A stretch of 64,000 bases of DNA from Patescibacteria group bacterium (lineage in GTDB: Bacteria; Patescibacteriota; Dojkabacteria; J137). The stretch is from the NCBI GenBank assembly GCA_016861265.1, contig BOLA01000001.1, positions 671,118 to 735,117 of the forward strand, in the 5' to 3' direction. The notes beneath the pieces were generated by a model. It saw nothing but the letters and a program-made list of their open reading frames with translations, was not told the DNA's origin and searched no databases. Position numbers and translations under genes: made by a program. This document shows, piece after piece, positions 1 through 12,324 of the stretch (position 1 is the first letter of the stretch; every line of letters begins with the position of its first letter).

Positions 1-1
1 G

Positions 2-673
2 GAAATTACAAACTCTGATATTGACGAGGCTGTTTCCAAGGTTGTACTTGGTCCTGCTAAAAAATCAAAGAAGAGAACTGAAAAGGAACTTAAGCTGGTT
101 GCGTACCATGAAGCAGGGCATGCCGTGGTTGCTAAGTACACTCCAAACTCAACTCCTGTAGATAGAATTTCTATTGTTTCAAGAGGTATGTCTGGTGGCG
201 TAACAATGTTCTTACCAGAAACTGATGAGTACATAATTTCTAAAGGTAAGTTAATTGCAGACATTACTGTTTCCTTAGGAGGTAGAGCAGCAGAAGAAAT
301 TGCTCTAGACGATGTGTCCACCGGAGCATCGAACGACATAGAGAAAGCAACTGCAGTAGCTAGAAGAATGGTGCAAAGATTTGGTATGAGTGATAAATTG
401 GGCTTAGTCCAATACGGAGATTTTGAAGAAAACGACTATTTAGGCTATGCGTACTCTACAAGTAAAGAATATTCCGAGAAGACTGCAGAGGAGATAGACA
501 CAGAGGTAAGAGGATTGATAGATGAAGCATATAAAAAGGCTAAGCAAATTTTAGCTGACCATCGAGATAAGTTGGATCAGGTTGCTAATATGTTGCTAGA
601 TAAAGAAGTTATGTCTAAAGATGAGTTTGAGGATTTATTTAATGAAGTAAATAAAGATGGCAGTGTATCTTGA
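2..673 (+). CDS. ftsH: ATP-dependent zinc metalloprotease FtsH, C-terminal part (5' end outside window)
   Basis: Frame open from base 2; AYHEAGH zinc motif just before the listed ORF; LGGRAAEE and STGASNDIEKAT peptidase M41 motifs. Confidence 0.97.
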   Translation, partial: EITNSDIDEAVSKVVLGPAKKSKKRTEKELKLVAYHEAGHAVVAKYTPNSTPVDRISIVSRGMSGGVTMFLPETDEYIISKGKLIADITVSLGGRAAEEIALDDVSTGASNDIEKATAVARRMVQRFGMSDKLGLVQYGDFEENDYLGYAYSTSKEYSEKTAEEIDTEVRGLIDEAYKKAKQILADHRDKLDQVANMLLDKEVMSKDEFEDLFNEVNKDGSVS

Positions 674-1229
674 ACTATATAGATTAACGCTAGACTTTTT
701 ATATAAGATTTCTGGGCCAATGATAGCAATTGCTATCATTGGCTTAATTTTTAAATATAGGAAAGAATTAGCTAACTTTATATCTAAGAATATATCCAAG
801 ATTAGTGGTAAGGTTGCGGGGCAAGATTTTGAAATTGATTTCAATAAGCTGAAAGAAAGTCAAAGTGAACCCGTGAAGATTGATTCAGCGAAGAATATGT
901 CTAAAGAAAACTCGGAAGTGGAACAACTAAAGAAGCAGTTGGAATTTGAGAAGATTTATTCAATTATATTTGGTAGTCAAATAGAATTACTTAAACGATT
1001 AAGAGCTAATAAGAAAGATTTCGCTACCGAATTATTATTCTTTTATACTGTTACAAGGTCTGAATTTAATATTTATGAAAGCTGGTCCTTTGAGGAGTTT
1101 ATTCAGATTCTAGTGCAAAATAACTTGGTTAATATACATTCAAATGGAGCGGAGATAAAGATAACAGAAAAAGGCTTAGACTTTTTAAGATATATAGAAG
1201 AAAATAATTACAACGATAGACTATTTTAA
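657..1229 (+). CDS. Hypothetical protein, N-terminal TM helix and possible C-terminal winged helix
   Basis: 190 aa ORF overlapping the ftsH stop; hydrophobic GPMIAIAIIGLIF; C-terminal IKITEKGLDFL resembles a wHTH wing. Confidence 0.7.
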   Translation: MAVYLELYRLTLDFLYKISGPMIAIAIIGLIFKYRKELANFISKNISKISGKVAGQDFEIDFNKLKESQSEPVKIDSAKNMSKENSEVEQLKKQLEFEKIYSIIFGSQIELLKRLRANKKDFATELLFFYTVTRSEFNIYESWSFEEFIQILVQNNLVNIHSNGAEIKITEKGLDFLRYIEENNYNDRLF

Positions 1230-1230
1230 T

Positions 1231-3843
1231 ATGCAAGAAAAAAATACTTTTTTAATAATCGATTCTCATGCGCTAATACATAGGGCGTTTCACGCATTCC
1301 CTCCTGATTTAAAGAATGCAAAAGGTCAACCTACAAATGCAGTCTATGGTTTCGCGGGTCTATTGCTTGATGTTTTAACAAAGTTTCAGCCAACAAGGGT
1401 TGTTGCGGTTTTTGATTCGCATGGACCAACAGTTAGGAGTACGGAGTACACTCAGTACAAAGCTAATAGAGCAGCAACCGATGATCTACTGGTAACCCAA
1501 TTTCCAATGGTATATGAGCTAATTCAAATGTTTGATATTCCAATGGTAATACAAGATGGAATAGAGGCAGATGACTTAATAGGAACTCTCGACGATAAAT
1601 ATTCCAATGATGTAATGCAGACTGTGATAGTGACCGGAGATAGAGACTTGTTGCAGCTTGTTGACCAGGATACCTTTGTGTACTTAGCTGGGTCTAAATT
1701 TTCGGAATCTAAACTCTATAATACTAATGAGATGGTATTTGAGCGAATGGGTGTAGAGCCAAAACACGTAACAGATTTAAAAGGTTTGAGTGGTGATGCA
1801 TCGGATAATATCCCAGGGGTTGCGGGTATAGGTGCAAAGGGTGCTGCCGATTTAATCAATCAATTCGGAACAATCGAAGAAATTTACACTAAACTAGACC
1901 AAGTCCCAAAGAGATATCAGCAAAAGCTAATAGATGGCCACGAAGATGCAATGCTATCTAAAAGATTGGCTACAATTTTTAAGGATATTCCTATTAGCTT
2001 TAACTACGAGCATACCGACTTTTCAAGGGTTAATAAAACAAAGATATCGAGTTTCTTTGCGGAAATGCAGTTTAAATCTCTAGTTCCAAAGCTAGAAAGA
2101 TTCTTTAAGTTATTTGATGTATCAACGGAAAATGCTGGTGAGATAGACTTATTTTCGGAGCCGCTTCAATTAAAAGAAAGTCACGCAGATTTAAAAGCAC
2201 AGGAGTGGAGTAAAGATGTAGAGCTTTCCCAAGAAATTTATATATTACCTAATATTAAAGACTTTGATAAAAGTCCAATACACTGGCAGTTCGAGAGTAT
2301 ATGTATTCTTAGCAACGATGTTTTATATAAAGTGGTAGAAGGTAACATTAACGAATTCTGGATTCTTAATAACAACAAGGATTTTATTACCTTCGATAAA
2401 AAGGCAATGTATCATTGCTTCTTTAACTCTAAGATTGAATTCAGTAAATTAAATATAATTGACATAGGAATTACAGCGTATGTTTTAGCCGAAGGGCAAG
2501 CTAAGTATGAATTGTTAAGTCTATTCAATTGGGCACAAATCTACAGTGAAAATACCACGGAGTCAAAACTTACAGCACTAAGTAAATTAAATGCTTATAT
2601 TAAGAGTAGATCCGAGGATTTAGAGGTGAAAGAAAAATTAATTAAATTAGAAGATACTGTCTTGTTACCAACAATGTTAATGGAACAGAATGGTATCACC
2701 ACAGATATGCCTACTTTAAAAAACTTTGAAGAAATCTTAACAGAAAAGCTGAATGAGTTTAAGGCAAATATTTATTTAAGTGCAGGGCATGAATTTAATA
2801 TTGGATCCCCAAAGCAGGTATCGGAAGTTCTGTTCAAGGAAAAAGCCTTGCCTGTACATAGAAAGACAAAGGGAGGGTCTTTAAGCACGAACGAGTCGGC
2901 CCTAAAAAGTTTGTTGGGAGTAGATCCTATAATTGAAAATCTACTTGCCTACAGGGAAGTAGATAAATTATTGAGTACCTATATTCGATCCTTGCCTGAA
3001 TATGTGGATAACGATGGGCGAATTCATTCTGTGTTTGATCAATTCGGGGCAGTTAGCGGAAGATATTCGTCAAAAAATCCAAACCTCCAAAATATCCCCT
3101 TTACAGAGGTCTTCGGTGTAAATATTAGAAATGCCTTTGTTGCTTCGGAAGGTTATAAGTTTATTACATTCGACTATTCACAGCAGGAGCTAAGAGTGTT
3201 GGCTGCTTTATCAAAAGAAGAGGTTATGGTCGATAGTTTTAATAATGGTGTTGATATTCATAAGATTACTGCTGCGGAATTATTCGAGGTTCCAATTGAG
3301 GAAGTTGACTCGAGGCAGAGGCAAGTTGGTAAAACCGTTAATTTCTCGGTTATCTATGGAATTTCTGCTTTCGGATTGTCCGAAAGGCTTGGTTTGAATC
3401 GAGCAACAGCCGATGCCTTCATTAAAAAATACTTTGATAAGTACTCTAAGGTTAGGGATTTTATGGCAAACACTATAAATTCTGCTAAGGAAACAGGATA
3501 CAGCGAAACTATACTCGGCAGAAGGAGGGTTAATAACATGATTAAGTCAAGTAATCGGGCACTAAAGAATGCAGCCGAAAGAGAGTTGTTTAATTTTGTA
3601 ATCCAGGGAAGTGCAGCGGATATTATGAAAAGTTCAATGGTTGCATTTCCCGATATTCTTAAAAAATATAATGCCAGAATTCTTCTGCAGATTCATGACG
3701 AGTTTTTGTTTGAATTCCCTGAGGATAGTGATAATGAGTCAGAGTTTGAGATGGAGATCTCTAATGCAATGTCGCATGCACTAGACTTGGGTGTAGAGTA
3801 TAAAGTTGAAGTAAGTAAAGGTACGGTCTGGGGGCAAATTTAA
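1231..3843 (+). CDS. polA: DNA polymerase I
   Basis: 5'-3' exonuclease motifs (LIIDSHALIHRAFHA, EADDLIG, GDASDNIPGV); Pol A motifs DYSQQELR, KTVNFSVIYG, LQIHDE; the middle 3'-5' exonuclease region looks degenerate. Confidence 0.98.
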   Translation: MQEKNTFLIIDSHALIHRAFHAFPPDLKNAKGQPTNAVYGFAGLLLDVLTKFQPTRVVAVFDSHGPTVRSTEYTQYKANRAATDDLLVTQFPMVYELIQMFDIPMVIQDGIEADDLIGTLDDKYSNDVMQTVIVTGDRDLLQLVDQDTFVYLAGSKFSESKLYNTNEMVFERMGVEPKHVTDLKGLSGDASDNIPGVAGIGAKGAADLINQFGTIEEIYTKLDQVPKRYQQKLIDGHEDAMLSKRLATIFKDIPISFNYEHTDFSRVNKTKISSFFAEMQFKSLVPKLERFFKLFDVSTENAGEIDLFSEPLQLKESHADLKAQEWSKDVELSQEIYILPNIKDFDKSPIHWQFESICILSNDVLYKVVEGNINEFWILNNNKDFITFDKKAMYHCFFNSKIEFSKLNIIDIGITAYVLAEGQAKYELLSLFNWAQIYSENTTESKLTALSKLNAYIKSRSEDLEVKEKLIKLEDTVLLPTMLMEQNGITTDMPTLKNFEEILTEKLNEFKANIYLSAGHEFNIGSPKQVSEVLFKEKALPVHRKTKGGSLSTNESALKSLLGVDPIIENLLAYREVDKLLSTYIRSLPEYVDNDGRIHSVFDQFGAVSGRYSSKNPNLQNIPFTEVFGVNIRNAFVASEGYKFITFDYSQQELRVLAALSKEEVMVDSFNNGVDIHKITAAELFEVPIEEVDSRQRQVGKTVNFSVIYGISAFGLSERLGLNRATADAFIKKYFDKYSKVRDFMANTINSAKETGYSETILGRRRVNNMIKSSNRALKNAAERELFNFVIQGSAADIMKSSMVAFPDILKKYNARILLQIHDEFLFEFPEDSDNESEFEMEISNAMSHALDLGVEYKVEVSKGTVWGQI

Positions 3844-3885
3844 GTATTGTGTTGTGTTTGTCTACATATTAATATTATGTAGGTA

Positions 3886-4461
3886 ATGACCGAATTTATG
3901 AAAAACATAGTTAAAACCTTCTTTATATTAATTGCTTTTTTTTCCGTAATTGGAATTGTATTTCTAGGTATTTATTATATTAAGAAGAATACTGCCTTAT
4001 TTACAAAATTGTTTAATGAGATAGTCGATGATTCTGCAGATGGAGAACTTAGTCAATCTGAAATAGAGGAGATATCTGATAGAGCAGTGGCAATAATAAA
4101 GAATATAGGTGACGATGTTGACTCTGATTTTGCTAGCTTGAAAAGCAAGGCGGTAGATGGTGCAGATAGAATAAGAGGTAAGATAGAGGTGTTTTCGAAG
4201 CATGATTCAGGTGCTAAGGTAAAAAAATATAGTAATTCCCCAGTTAGAAGAAAAAAGACGACAAGTGGCAGTTTGAACTCTCGACAAGAAGATATTCTGG
4301 ATTTTGTTAGATCAAATTCTAATGCAAAAATGTCTGATGTAAGTAAATTGTTCGCTCAGGTTACTCCAAGAACGCTAAGGCGAGACCTGGAAAAGCTAGA
4401 GCAGTTGGGGTTCTTAAAGCAAGAGGGTAAGACCCGCGACGCAGTTTATAAAATTATATAA
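3886..4461 (+). CDS. Membrane-anchored protein with C-terminal DeoR-like HTH
   Basis: N-terminal TM (FFILIAFFSVIGIVFLGIYYI); C-terminal LNSRQEDIL...TPRTLRRDLEKLEQLGFL HTH. Confidence 0.8.
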   Translation: MTEFMKNIVKTFFILIAFFSVIGIVFLGIYYIKKNTALFTKLFNEIVDDSADGELSQSEIEEISDRAVAIIKNIGDDVDSDFASLKSKAVDGADRIRGKIEVFSKHDSGAKVKKYSNSPVRRKKTTSGSLNSRQEDILDFVRSNSNAKMSDVSKLFAQVTPRTLRRDLEKLEQLGFLKQEGKTRDAVYKII

Positions 4462-4478
4462 ATTTACTTCAAAAACAC

Positions 4479-4507
4479 TTGCAAATGTAGTTTTGAAAGT
4501 GTACAAT
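4479..4507 (+). promoter_or_regulatory. Sigma70-type promoter of the rRNA operon
   Basis: TTGCAA-17 bp-TACAAT about 300 nt upstream of the 16S. Confidence 0.7.
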
Positions 4508-4807
4508 CTCAATACAAATTTAATCGGTACTAATCTTAATACAAGCGATTAAGAAGGCTGATTACCTCAAAGGTTTTCTTTATAAATTTAAAAATCTTAA
4601 GCAAAGATTAATTTTCTTTGCTCTTTGTATTTTTGGAGGTTGCACTTTGAATACTTAAAAGTGACAAGGTTTCTTTAATATTTCTTTGTAGTCAAGATCT
4701 AAACAATCATTTTTGATTTTATCCTAACTTTCGCAAGAAAGAAGGATTTCATAAATCCAATGTTTAAGTAATTAAACGGAGGTCTCTTCAATCGTCAAAG
4801 AAGAGTT

Positions 4808-6320
4808 TTTATGGAGAGTTTGATCCTGGCTCAGGGTTAACGCTAGCGATGTGCCTAAGGTATGCAAGTCGAACGGTGAAATTTTGGTAGCAATACTGAA
4901 ATTTCGCAGTGGCAAACGGCTGAGTAACGCGTGGGAATCTCCCCCTAAGTCTGATATAGCTCACCGAAAGGTGGGGTAATCTCAGATAGTCTCGCGAGAG
5001 TAAAGATTTTTCGCTTAGGGATGAGCCCGCGTCCTATCAGGTTGTTGGTGAGGTAATGGCTCACCAAGCCTATGACGGGTAGCTGGTCTGAGAGGATGGC
5101 CAGCCAGACTGGGACTGCGATACGGCCCAGACTCCTACGGGAGGCAGCAACTAGGAATTATGCACAATGGCCGAAAGGCTGATGCTGCGACATCGCGTGG
5201 AGGATGAAGGTCTTAGGATCGTAAACTCCTTTTATCTACGAACAAGTTCTGAGTGTAGTAGATGAATAAGTGCCTGCCAACCACGTGCCAGAAGCATCGG
5301 TAATACGTGGGACACAAGCGTTACCCGGATTCACTGGGCGTAAAGAGATGCGTAGGCGTCTAGAAAAGTTCTGTGTTAAATCTCAAGGCTCACCCTTGAA
5401 ACTGCATAGAAAACTCTCTGGATTGAGTCATGTAGAGAAGAAGGGAATTCCTGGTGGAGCGGTTAAATGCGTTGATATCAGGAGGAACACCAATGGCGAA
5501 AGCACTTCTTTGGACATGTACTGACGCTAAGGCTCGAAAGTGTGGGGAGCAAAACGGATTAGATACCCGTGTAGTCCACACCGTAAACGATCCCTATTAG
5601 ATGTTCGAATTCTTGCTGAAATTTCTCTTCGGAGAAGGATAAGCATTATTTGAGTGTCGCAGCTAACGCGTTAAATAGGGCGCCTGTGAAGTACGACCGC
5701 AAGGTTAAAACACAAAGGAATTGACGGGGACCCGCACAAGCAGTGGAGTGCCTGGTTTAATTCGATGATCAGCGAAGAACCTCACCTGGGCTTGAACTGT
5801 AGCTGCAAACCCTATGAAAATAGGGCTCTTTCGAAGGTGCTATAGAGGTGATGCATGGCTGTTGTCAGCTCGTGTCGTGAGATGTCGGGTTAAGTCCCAC
5901 AACGAGCGCAACCCCTTTCAGATGTTACAATTACTTCTGATACTGCCCCGCCCAAACGGGGAGGAAGGAGGGGATGACATCCAGTCATCATGTCCCTTAT
6001 GTCCAGGGCTACACAGACACTACAATGGCGATATACAATGGGCTGCCAAACCGCGAGGTGGAGCTAATCCCATCAAAGATCGTCTCAGTTCAGATTGCAG
6101 GCTGCAACTCGCCTGTATGAAGTTGGAATTGCTAGTAATCGGACATCAGCATGGTCCGGTGAATACGTTCTCGGGTCTTGTACACACCGCCCGTCAGGGC
6201 ATGGGAGTTGCTCATACTCGAAGTCTACGTTTATCGTGGCCGAAAGTTATGGGTGGCGACTGGGCTTAAGTCGTAACAAGGTAGCCGTAGGGGAATCTGC
6301 GGCTGGATTACCTCCTTTCT
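4808..6320 (+). rRNA. rrs: 16S rRNA (ends approximate)
   Basis: AGAGTTTGATCCTGGCTCAG, ACTCCTACGGGAGGCAGCA, GTACACACCGCCCGTCA, AAGTCGTAACAAGGTAGCC, 3' anti-SD ACCTCCT; flanked by complementary processing-stem arms (~4645-4674 and ~6399-6428). Confidence 0.99.
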
Positions 6321-6468
6321 AAGGAGTTAATCAACCAACTTTAACTAAGTTAAAGATTGTTTGATTCTTACCCATGATTTTGATACTCAAGGAAATTTAG
6401 AACCTTGTCACTTTTTTGTATTCAAAGATTTTTAAAAATTACCAGTAAGTTGCTGGTATGTTGAACAC

Positions 6469-6545
6469 AGGCCAATAGCTCAGCTGGTTAGAGCGCACCT
6501 CTGATAAGGGTGAGGTCCATGGTTCGAGTCCATGTTGGCCTACCA
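6469..6545 (+). tRNA. tRNA-Ile (GAT)
   Basis: Cloverleaf AGGCCAA/TTGGCCT, anticodon loop CTGATAA, TTCGAG T-loop, encoded CCA. Confidence 0.97.
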
Positions 6546-6625
6546 TTAATCAGAATACTAAATAGTAATTAGAAATTTATTTTGCTAAAATTTATAGCTT
6601 TAAATTGCTAATATTGTTTATTGTC

Positions 6626-6703
6626 GGGGCCTTAGCATAGCTGGTTTATTGCGCCTCATTTGCAATGAGGAGGTCAAGGGTTCGAATCCCTTAGGCTCCA
6701 CCA
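6626..6703 (+). tRNA. tRNA-Ala (TGC)
   Basis: GGGGCCT/AGGCTCC acceptor with G3-U70, anticodon TGC, encoded CCA. Confidence 0.97.
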
Positions 6704-6807
6704 TTTTTGTTGTTTAATTAAAGTCAAAAGACGTAAATTAGCCAACAAAGTTTGGTTAAAACTTTGTTCATTAAAAACTGAATAGAAAGATATAATACAG
6801 ATTTTAA

Positions 6808-9862
<3,055 letters not shown>

Positions 9863-9870
9863 TAAAATCT

Positions 9871-9935
9871 TTCAGCTTTCAGTTGTCAGTTAAGAGTGAT
9901 CTTTCTGATTACTTGAGACTGTAGACTGGAAACTC
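9871..9935 (+). repeat. Heptamer-periodic inverted repeat (hairpin) in the 23S-5S spacer
   Basis: TTCAGCT-TTCAGTT-GTCAGTT ... GAGACTG-TAGACTG-GAAACTC around an AAGAGTGATC/GATTACTT core. Confidence 0.6.
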
Positions 9936-10035
9936 AATTATATCTTTTCTATTCAGTTTTTTTTGAACAAAGTTCAAAATTAACAATTTAAACTACGTCG
10001 TCATTAGACAAAAGTGCTTAATAAAAGCTTTTTTG

Positions 10036-10151
10036 TCCGGTGACGGTATCGCTTTGGACCCACCTGATCCCATTCCGAACTCAGAAGTGAAACATAGTTG
10101 AGCCGAAGGTACTTACGGGATACCCTGTCGGGAGAATAGGTAGTTGCCGGT
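10036..10151 (+). rRNA. rrf: 5S rRNA
   Basis: CACCTGATCCCATTCCGAACTCAGAAGTGAAAC and GGGAGAATAGGTAGTTGCCGG; terminal helix CCGGTGAC/GTTGCCGG. Confidence 0.97.
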
Positions 10152-10154
10152 ATT

Positions 10155-10186
10155 AAAAAGAGCTTCAAGAAATTGGAGCTTTTTTT
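10155..10186. terminator. Bidirectional intrinsic terminator after 5S
   Basis: AAAAAG-AGCTTCAA-GAAA-TTGGAGCT-TTTTTT. Confidence 0.8.
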
Positions 10187-10199
10187 ACGCCTAGTTGAA

Positions 10200-10520
10200 T
10201 CAGTTTAATCTGCAATAAACAAAGGTTGCATAGTAAATCTCGGGAGCAAGAATCACTAAAAGAAGTATGGCTACTATGGTAGTAAAAGATAAGAATATAT
10301 TTGAATAGCTAGATTTCTTCGATTTAATAAGGTAAATATTAACAACTGTAGTAATCAAAACTATTATTGTGAGTAATAGAAGAATATAAAGATTATTCTT
10401 CATAATAGGGCCTTTTGTTTCCATGGTAGTAATACATCCCGTTCTAGGGATTGGTAGTATATATAATATCACCGTTAATATTGTCCCAATTAGGTTTATT
10501 AAAGCCAATTTCTTTTTCAT
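10200..10520 (-). CDS. Hypothetical small membrane protein (about 3 TM)
   Basis: 106 aa with three hydrophobic stretches; TATACT 7 nt upstream of the ATG. Confidence 0.7.
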   Translation of the reverse strand: MKKKLALINLIGTILTVILYILPIPRTGCITTMETKGPIMKNNLYILLLLTIIVLITTVVNIYLIKSKKSSYSNIFLSFTTIVAILLLVILAPEIYYATFVYCRLN

Positions 10521-10692
10521 ATTATTAAGTATACGTTTTTTTGGGGGAGTCTACCATTGACTAAATCCTCCAAATATTATATTTTCTTAAAGAATAATTT
10601 TATTCATACCACTCAAGCGTGAGTGGGTTCTGCTTTACGAACTAATAAGTAAAAGCAGTCCTTTACTTGTTAAATATGAAAGGAGGTAATCT

Positions 10693-10761
10693 ATGCTGTG
10701 CAGGTTTTCTGCGACTATCTCAATTGAAGGCAATAGATTTTCTCCAAATCAGAATTGCTGA
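10693..10761 (+). CDS. Putative 22-aa small peptide MLCRFSATISIEGNRFSPNQNC
   Basis: Perfect SD AAGGAGGT 5 nt before the ATG; ends in TGA; below the ORF-track length cut-off. Confidence 0.4.
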   Translation: MLCRFSATISIEGNRFSPNQNC

Positions 10762-10823
10762 TATTCCCTACTGTAGTCTTCAATTGTAAGGGAATAGGTA
10801 TGTTGTCATATAATAGGAGATTT

Positions 10824-10849
10824 AAGCCCAGCTTTAAGCTGGGCTTTTT
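10824..10849 (+). terminator. Intrinsic terminator
   Basis: AAGCCCAGC-TTTAA-GCTGGGCTT-TTT. Confidence 0.85.
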
Positions 10850-10968
10850 AATTATGCCAAATAAAGCTTTTATATTAATATATAATAAGACAGGAATTTA
10901 ATAAGCAGGGTATAATAGGAGTTCGTGTCAGTATTAATCTGATAGAATATTAATTGATTTTATTAATT

Positions 10969-11655
10969 ATGCCGCAAAAACCCGATTTTCAATTTAATTT
11001 TGAACACCTATCAAAGCGAAAGCAAGAAGCAGAACTACGCTTGCAACAATTAAATCTTCACGAGGTTCCAATTCAAGATACTAAAGATGTTCCTGCATTA
11101 TTAGCTCAGCCAGACCTTTCTTCTCTAATTATTCAGACAAGATTAAGGGAAATATTAAGGTGCTACAATTACTCCGAAGATGAAATAACCACACAATTAG
11201 CCAATCCGGAGTTCGCGTTTAAAATTGCTATTAGCCTAATTACTCAAGATTACTTCCTGTATGCTTTTTTTAAAGGCAACGGAGAGGTAAATTATGACTT
11301 AATGTTCTTAGGAGATAAAAATGAATTTAACCCAGAAGACTATGTCTTTGATTTAGAAGCAAACTATTTAGACTTTAATCAGATAAACCCATTTAATAAG
11401 CCTCAGGTTGAAATTGCGGACACTTCAGGTATTCCTAAATATATAATTGGACCAGAAGGTGAGACCTCAAAAATCTACCCAACAAAGAAAATAGACGACA
11501 TTCTTCCCGGTACAATAGGTTACGACATATTAATTCTTCAAGGTAGAGTAAACATAACCTCAAATGGAGATATAAATATATATAAACCTCAAATTACGAT
11601 GATTGGCAGGCCTTTAAAAGGGGATCCAGTTAGTGTATTTGTAAAACGAAACTAA
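10969..11655 (+). CDS. Hypothetical protein
   Basis: Long ORF with no recognised motif; ATG at 10969 preferred over TTG at 10954; upstream TATAAT. Confidence 0.65.
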   Translation: MPQKPDFQFNFEHLSKRKQEAELRLQQLNLHEVPIQDTKDVPALLAQPDLSSLIIQTRLREILRCYNYSEDEITTQLANPEFAFKIAISLITQDYFLYAFFKGNGEVNYDLMFLGDKNEFNPEDYVFDLEANYLDFNQINPFNKPQVEIADTSGIPKYIIGPEGETSKIYPTKKIDDILPGTIGYDILILQGRVNITSNGDINIYKPQITMIGRPLKGDPVSVFVKRN

Positions 11656-11733
11656 GCTCTACTAAAATTAAGTATCAGAATGCTATAATCACTTGCACAC
11701 AAATAAATCGGTAGGTTTATGTGAGGTGGACAA

Positions 11734-12156
11734 ATGGAAAAGGCATGGTTTAGAGACAACCCTGCATTGTTGCGTAGGGTTGTTGCAGCAATCGGTGCTT
11801 TGCCTTCTAGTATTAGCGAACCGGACTTCTATCTACAGGAGTTTCAGTCGATAACACGGGGCGAAGTGGTCGCAGTTACTATTCTCAGGGGGTATGCCTA
11901 CGCTGCGGATGAGGAGATGGTCGAAAAGGCATTCCTGATCGATCCGCACACTGGGTCCCCAAAGGGCGAGCTTGATTTCTGGCTCAAGACCGAAAGCGGT
12001 AAGGTAAGACCGGGGAGGGAAGATCCCCCGGCATATACCGTGGTCAGGGATGCAACTCGCGCTGTTTTGTTCACCGTGAGCTTCCGTTATAGGAAGGTCA
12101 CATATGCACTGTGCAAGGACAAGACCTACATTCTCAACATTGAGTGTGTGCAGTAG
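11734..12156 (+). CDS. Hypothetical protein (GC-richer than its surroundings)
   Basis: 140 aa ORF with SD GAGGTGG and an upstream TGcTATAAT extended -10. Confidence 0.65.
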   Translation: MEKAWFRDNPALLRRVVAAIGALPSSISEPDFYLQEFQSITRGEVVAVTILRGYAYAADEEMVEKAFLIDPHTGSPKGELDFWLKTESGKVRPGREDPPAYTVVRDATRAVLFTVSFRYRKVTYALCKDKTYILNIECVQ

Positions 12157-12231
12157 GTCTTTACTCGACGTGCGATATGGGAAGGTTAACCTTCCCATAT
12201 TAGTTATTAAAGACAATACTAATAGGTGTTA

Positions 12232-12260
12232 TGGACAAACTCGCCAGGATTAGATATAAT
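12232..12260 (+). promoter_or_regulatory. rpsA promoter
   Basis: TGGACA-17 bp-TATAAT. Confidence 0.65.
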
Positions 12261-12324
12261 CCTTCTTGCTTAAGGTTAGTCTTACCCATTCGGTAAAATC
12301 CAAAACTAAAAATAAGCAAAAACT

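Larger units (their letters stand above)
10603..10849 (+). ncRNA. Candidate structured RNA or small-peptide transcript
   Basis: Hairpins CCACTC/GAGTGG and CTGCTTTAC/GTAAAAGCAG, closing pair TTCATA/TATGAA, stem CAATTGAAGGC/GTCTTCAATTG, own terminator. Confidence 0.5.

Noticed and set aside
10603-10680. Purine riboswitch call for the three-way junction
   Set aside because: Topology is similar but the conserved junction nucleotides (TATAAT..ATATGG..GTTTCTACC..CCGTAAA) are absent; kept only as an unclassified structure
11833-12216. 127-aa minus-strand ORF
   Set aside because: Antisense to 11734..12156, which has the better SD and promoter; a GC-richer region yields long shadow ORFs
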